A DNA stretch of 32,000 nucleotides. Source: Zymomonas mobilis subsp. mobilis ATCC 10988 (lineage in GTDB: Bacteria > Pseudomonadota > Alphaproteobacteria > Sphingomonadales > Sphingomonadaceae). The position numbers and the translations under genes were made by a program. The notes below the pieces were generated by a model. The model was not told where the DNA came from. It saw nothing but the letters and a program-made list of their open reading frames with translations, and did not search any database. The stretch covers positions 1,320,001 through 1,352,000 of the forward strand of contig NC_017262.1 of assembly GCF_000175255.2 (NCBI RefSeq), in the 5' to 3' direction. This document shows, one piece after another, positions 29,001 through 32,000 of this stretch (its first letter is position 1; each line of letters begins with the position of its first letter).

Positions 29001-29427
29001 GACCTTGGGGATCCGGGAATTCTGTCCAGTGATGGTCTGCTCCTGTAACAGATAGCCAGCCTGGCGATAGCCAGTCAATGTCATTGATGTGCCGTGACAG
29101 TGATGCAATGCTGGCATCATCCCACGGCGTATAGAAGGCCATGCTCAAAGTATCTTTTAGAGGCTTAGGAGGTGTTTTTACTAAACCAATACGAGATAAA
29201 GCCCGATGAAAATTGATACGCGTGTGGGATGTAATCCCGTTAGGCTGTGCTTTGATGGGGGCGCGGCCAATAGAAAAAGGTAAATTTTGCCCGATTGACG
29301 GAATCGCAACTGTCGCAAAAAGGGTTGCTATAGCTAAAAAGAGTAAAGCAAAAAAAGCAACGATTGCGAGAGCAAAACGCCTTCTTCTTTTCCCTGATGA
29401 ATCATAAAATACTGGTTTTTTGTTCAT
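26047..29427 (-). CDS. Three-domain membrane protein: GH18-like hydrolase, NodB-type polysaccharide deacetylase, GT2 family glycosyltransferase
   Basis: 1126 aa. N-terminal TM; ADGAVFDFESL (GH18-like motif, + coords 28810-28833); MIALTFDDGP (27968-27985) and NHTYTHP (NodB motifs); SVLIPAFNEEAVIEASI, ALDADTHFEP, TLAEDQDLT, QRFRW (26509-26523) GT2 motifs; C-terminal TMs. Confidence 0.88.
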   Translation of the reverse strand: MNKKPVFYDSSGKRRRRFALAIVAFFALLFLAIATLFATVAIPSIGQNLPFSIGRAPIKAQPNGITSHTRINFHRALSRIGLVKTPPKPLKDTLSMAFYTPWDDASIASLSRHINDIDWLSPGWLSVTGADHHWTEFPDPQGHAIINNAKQKPKILPMVQNVSNGEWDGKNAAILMRDPAARLQFLNNIEKFLVKNQADGAVFDFESLNKQTLPFYLQLLKETHDRFSAHHWILTVAVPVADEAWNLSAVANVSDKLILMAYDEHYPEGEPGAIASNDWFLDVVEQATQNLPPEKVIVALGSYAYNWKKGSDTDAISIEQAWLTAHESGTVPVFDKETGNTHFSYSEAGILHDVWMLDAVSFYNQTKMSHHLGFNALALWRLGSEDPSLWNIFGKGHLIHNGANDTAIVADPVKALSHIPAGTEVDIEGTGEVLRVASRPVAGERQIDLDKEGLITDERFSSIPLPYAIERAGYRPGMIALTFDDGPDQKWTPKILDILKKEHAPATFFIIGENALTNRNLLLREIKEGHEVGNHTYTHPNLGMASANSTIIEVNATQRLFQAFTGHSLRLFRAPFFGDAEPTTADEIDPVYAAQKLGYLSVGLHVDPNDWQRPKKDEIIERVMEQVKQATSQHSAQIVLLHDSGGDRTQTIAALPDIIHQLRANGYKLVLVSDLINLKRDDAMPPLSPVERVSARWNFALFSCLGASVIALRWIFAIAITLGILRALFLSAFSIIQARKENRLIFPPIDPDRTISVLIPAFNEEAVIEASIRRVLASAEVNNIEVIVIDDGSTDNSSQIVESQFADDPRVQLIRLSNGGKARALNHGVQKAKGEIIIALDADTHFEPRTIARLTRWFSDPKLGAVAGNAKVGNRINLITRWQALEYITAQNLERRATVLLNAMTVVPGAVGAWRAETLRQVGGFPDQTLAEDQDLTIIIQEHDWAVRYDPYAVAWTEAPETIRALARQRFRWAFGTLQCLWKHWSIIKNRRPKGLAYIGLPQSLIFQIGFATISPIIDLALVISIMATVFAVYQHGWVQQGDDLQKMAAYWSVFTLIDLMSGVVAFALERKEKWSLLWLLIPQRIGYRQIMYYVVIKALTQAIRGPKVGWDKLERSGHVQTESNK

Positions 29428-29578
29428 ATTTTTATTTCACGCGCATCTTTTTAATAAAAATGATACGTTCTTATAAGATAAATGATGTATCGGAAATTGA
29501 TGGATTTCTATAGAAAATCTTTATGCAATTTGGTGACGAAAAGGAACTGGCAGGTTGTTTCTTCAGAATTTTTTAAAA

Positions 29579-31159
29579 ATGTCATTATCCCCTTTAAAAA
29601 CAAAGACAACCATTCTTTCTCTTATTTTTTCTTTGTTCCCTGTATCGCAAAGTTACGCTTTTGTTCCCCAAACATCGAGTAATTCTAAAAATGAAAGCGT
29701 AGCAGCCACCAAAATAGAAGAAGCCAAAGGCAATATGCCTCGTTTGCGTATGCTTGTGTCTGCTTTTCCTAAAGGCGGCGATCTTCATCACCATTTGGCT
29801 GGCGCTATTGATGCAGAAACAATGCTTCAATGGGCTGGAGATCAAAATTTATGCATTGATACTATAAAGCTATCTGTAATTCCGTCCCCTTGTGACGCGG
29901 CTGTGAATAAAAAGCTAGCAAAAAATCTGGAGCGCCAAGATCCGATTCTATGGAATAAGTTAATAGATGTTTTCTCGATGCGGAATTATCATTTTGATGT
30001 TGCCGCTGGAGAACATTCTGGTCACGATCATTTTTTCTCTAGCTTTTTTCATTTTGCAGCAGCCTTAGATAATAATTTTGGCCGGATGATTGCCTATAGC
30101 CGTCGTGATGCAGCGGCGAATAACCTGCTCTATATTGAAACGATGCAGAATCCGAAGGTGGTGTCGACTTTTGCACGAAGTGTTTTGCAAGACGCAAAAG
30201 GCAAAAATTCGCCGGAGGATTTATGGAAAGTCGTGAAAAATCGTCTTCCGGCGGCGGTAGCGGCAGCAAAGGCTGAAACCACGGAAGCGGAGGCGCAATC
30301 TCGTCAGATATTACAATGCGATGGTCGCCAGCCAGATCCTGCTTGTTCGGTTACAATGCGTTATATGGTTTATGCTGTACGAGCGATGCCGCCTGAAATG
30401 GTTTTTGCGCAATTAGCGTTGGGTTTTGCCTTGGCGCATAGTGATCCAAGATGGGTCGGGGTGAATATTGTCGCACCAGAGGACGGTGCGGTTTCTATGC
30501 AAGATTATGACCTACATATGCAGTTTTTCCGTTTTTTAAGGCAGTTATATCCTGATGTAAAAATCACACTCCATGCAGGTGAGCTGGCTTTACCATTAGT
30601 GCCTACTGCCGGTTTGAGAGATCATATCCGGAAAGCGGTTTTTGTTGCAGGTGCTGACCGTATCGGTCACGGAATTGATATTGGATCAGAAATGAATCCG
30701 GTCGAAATTTTGCATCATATGGCTGAACGTCCTGTGCCAGTTGAAATCAATTTATCCAGCAATGATGCTATCTTGAATATCAAGGGTAATCAGCATCCTT
30801 TTGCTCTTTATCGTCAGTATAATGTACCTGTCGTTATTTCGACGGATGATGCCGGTGTCTCTCGTAATGATCTGACCACGGAATATATGCGAGCGATAGA
30901 AGAGCAACATGTTTCTTATAGTGACTTGAAAAAGCTTTCCCGTGACAGTTTGGAATATGCTTTCTTGTCAGGAGAAAGCTTATGGCAGAAAAATACGGGG
31001 GAGAGCGTGAAGCCTGTCTGTAATGGTATAGCATTTACAGCTATGCCCCAAGGCAAATGCGCTGATTTCTTGGTAAAGAATGACAAAGCTGCCTTGCAGT
31101 GGAAATTGGAAGCAGCCTTTATTCGTTATGAAGAACAGGTCAGGGAAGGGGCTTTATAA
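29579..31159 (+). CDS. Adenosine deaminase-family protein, probably exported
   Basis: GDLHHHLAGAIDAETMLQWA, ITLHAGELAL, ADRIGHGIDIG, PVEINLSSNDAI, VVISTDDAGVSRNDLTTEY (metal and catalytic motifs). MSLSPLKTKTTILSLIFSLFPVSQSYAF reads as a signal peptide. ATG 29579 preferred over the longer ORF at 29555. Confidence 0.85.
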   Translation: MSLSPLKTKTTILSLIFSLFPVSQSYAFVPQTSSNSKNESVAATKIEEAKGNMPRLRMLVSAFPKGGDLHHHLAGAIDAETMLQWAGDQNLCIDTIKLSVIPSPCDAAVNKKLAKNLERQDPILWNKLIDVFSMRNYHFDVAAGEHSGHDHFFSSFFHFAAALDNNFGRMIAYSRRDAAANNLLYIETMQNPKVVSTFARSVLQDAKGKNSPEDLWKVVKNRLPAAVAAAKAETTEAEAQSRQILQCDGRQPDPACSVTMRYMVYAVRAMPPEMVFAQLALGFALAHSDPRWVGVNIVAPEDGAVSMQDYDLHMQFFRFLRQLYPDVKITLHAGELALPLVPTAGLRDHIRKAVFVAGADRIGHGIDIGSEMNPVEILHHMAERPVPVEINLSSNDAILNIKGNQHPFALYRQYNVPVVISTDDAGVSRNDLTTEYMRAIEEQHVSYSDLKKLSRDSLEYAFLSGESLWQKNTGESVKPVCNGIAFTAMPQGKCADFLVKNDKAALQWKLEAAFIRYEEQVREGAL

Positions 31160-32000
31160 GTTAAGGCAATTTTTTCGGACTAGGTTATGTTGACAAAGAA
31201 AGGTAACCACAATTTTACGGCCGCGAGATGAAGGAAGGCGAGAAAAGATTTTCTGGTTTTGTCATAGCGTGTGGCAATGCGCCTGAACTGCTTTAGCTTA
31301 TTAAACATCCGCTCAATACGATTACGATCTTTGTAGTGCTGGAGATTATAAGGAATAGGCTTTTTTCGATTGGAACGAGGCGGGATAACAGGAAGAATGC
31401 CTCGAAAAAGCAGTTTTTCGCGTAACCTATCGCTATCATATCCTTTATCAGCGAGAAAACAGTGGGGTGTTGTGACAGGGATATCGATCAAGCTATCAGC
31501 GCCAGAATAATCAGAGACCTCACCACCGGTTAGTGCGAAAGCTAGAGGGCGGCCTTGACCATCGGAACGGGCGTGGATCTTGCTCGTAAAGCCTCCGCGG
31601 CTGCGACCAAAGCCTTCCTTATACGTCCCCCTTTTGCGCCAGCCGCTTGGCTGTGGGCGCGAATAATCGTACTATCTATCATATGTTGCCAGTCATCTGT
31701 CAGGCCAAGGTCAACGAGAGTTTCAAGAAGAGCGTCCCACACACCCTGTTCTGCCCACCTACGAAACCGAACATAGACCGAATTCCATTTCCCATAACGT
31801 TCATGCATATCTCGCCACGGGCAGCCTGTTCGAAGCACATAAAGCATACCATTGAGAAATAACCGATTACTTTTGGCGGGACGCGCGCAGCGGCCTCGTT
31901 CGCTTGGAAGAAGACCCTGTATTATCTCCCACTCCGCGTCCGTCAGATCTCCTCGCATCCTATCTACCCTACAAAACTTGTTCTCAAGTTATCTCTAAAA
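31160..32000 (-). mobile_element. IS5-family insertion sequence; exact ends uncertain, right end at or beyond the window edge
   Basis: Transposase as above. Outer flanks TATAAGTTAAGGCAATTTTTTC (left, + strand) and GATAACTTGAGAACAAGTTTTG (right, minus strand) share only about 14/22 positions, so terminal repeats are tentative. Confidence 0.6.
31180..31958 (-). CDS. IS5-family (IS427/IS1031-like) transposase in two frames joined by a -1 shift
   Basis: ORFA 31958..31542 MRGDLTDAEWEIIQGLLPSERGRCARP...LRTGCPWRDMHERYGKWNSVYVRFRRWAEQGVWDALLETL...DSTIIRAHSQAAGAK. Continues in the -1 frame as ...EGFGRSRGGFTSKIHARSDGQGRPLAFALTGGEVSDYSGADSLIDIPVTTPHCFLADKGYDSDRLREKL...YKDRNRIERMFNKLKQFRRIATRYDK. Confidence 0.85.

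Overview
This window is dominated by a large flagellar gene block. At its left end are a probable flgM 3' end and a FlgN-like ORF, then flhA-flhG-fliA with no flhF between flhA and flhG. Next come two tandem, diverged glycosyltransferase-like genes, a convergent flagellin gene on the minus strand, and a sigma-54 activator (FlbD/FleQ-type AAA+ plus Fis HTH) with no obvious receiver domain. A tightly overlapping fliE-F-G-H-I-J-K-L-M-N-O-P-Q-R-flhB operon follows, then fliD-fliS. The right flank has an AI-2E/PerM-type membrane protein, an 1126-aa three-domain protein (GH18-like hydrolase, NodB-type polysaccharide deacetylase, GT2 glycosyltransferase), a probably exported adenosine-deaminase-like protein, and a frameshifted IS5-family transposase reaching the window edge. 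The content resembles a Zymomonas/sphingomonad-type alphaproteobacterium; this is inference, not tested. The most useful non-standard observations are: an excellent sigma-54 -24/-12 element upstream of flhA with phased repeats above it; a sigma-28-like promoter for flagellin; a G8 (C8 on the coding strand) homopolymer inside flagellin; paired glycosyltransferase-like genes where one copy has lost the DxD motif; and a single-polypeptide hydrolase/deacetylase/synthase. I see no clear evidence of a wholly undescribed system.
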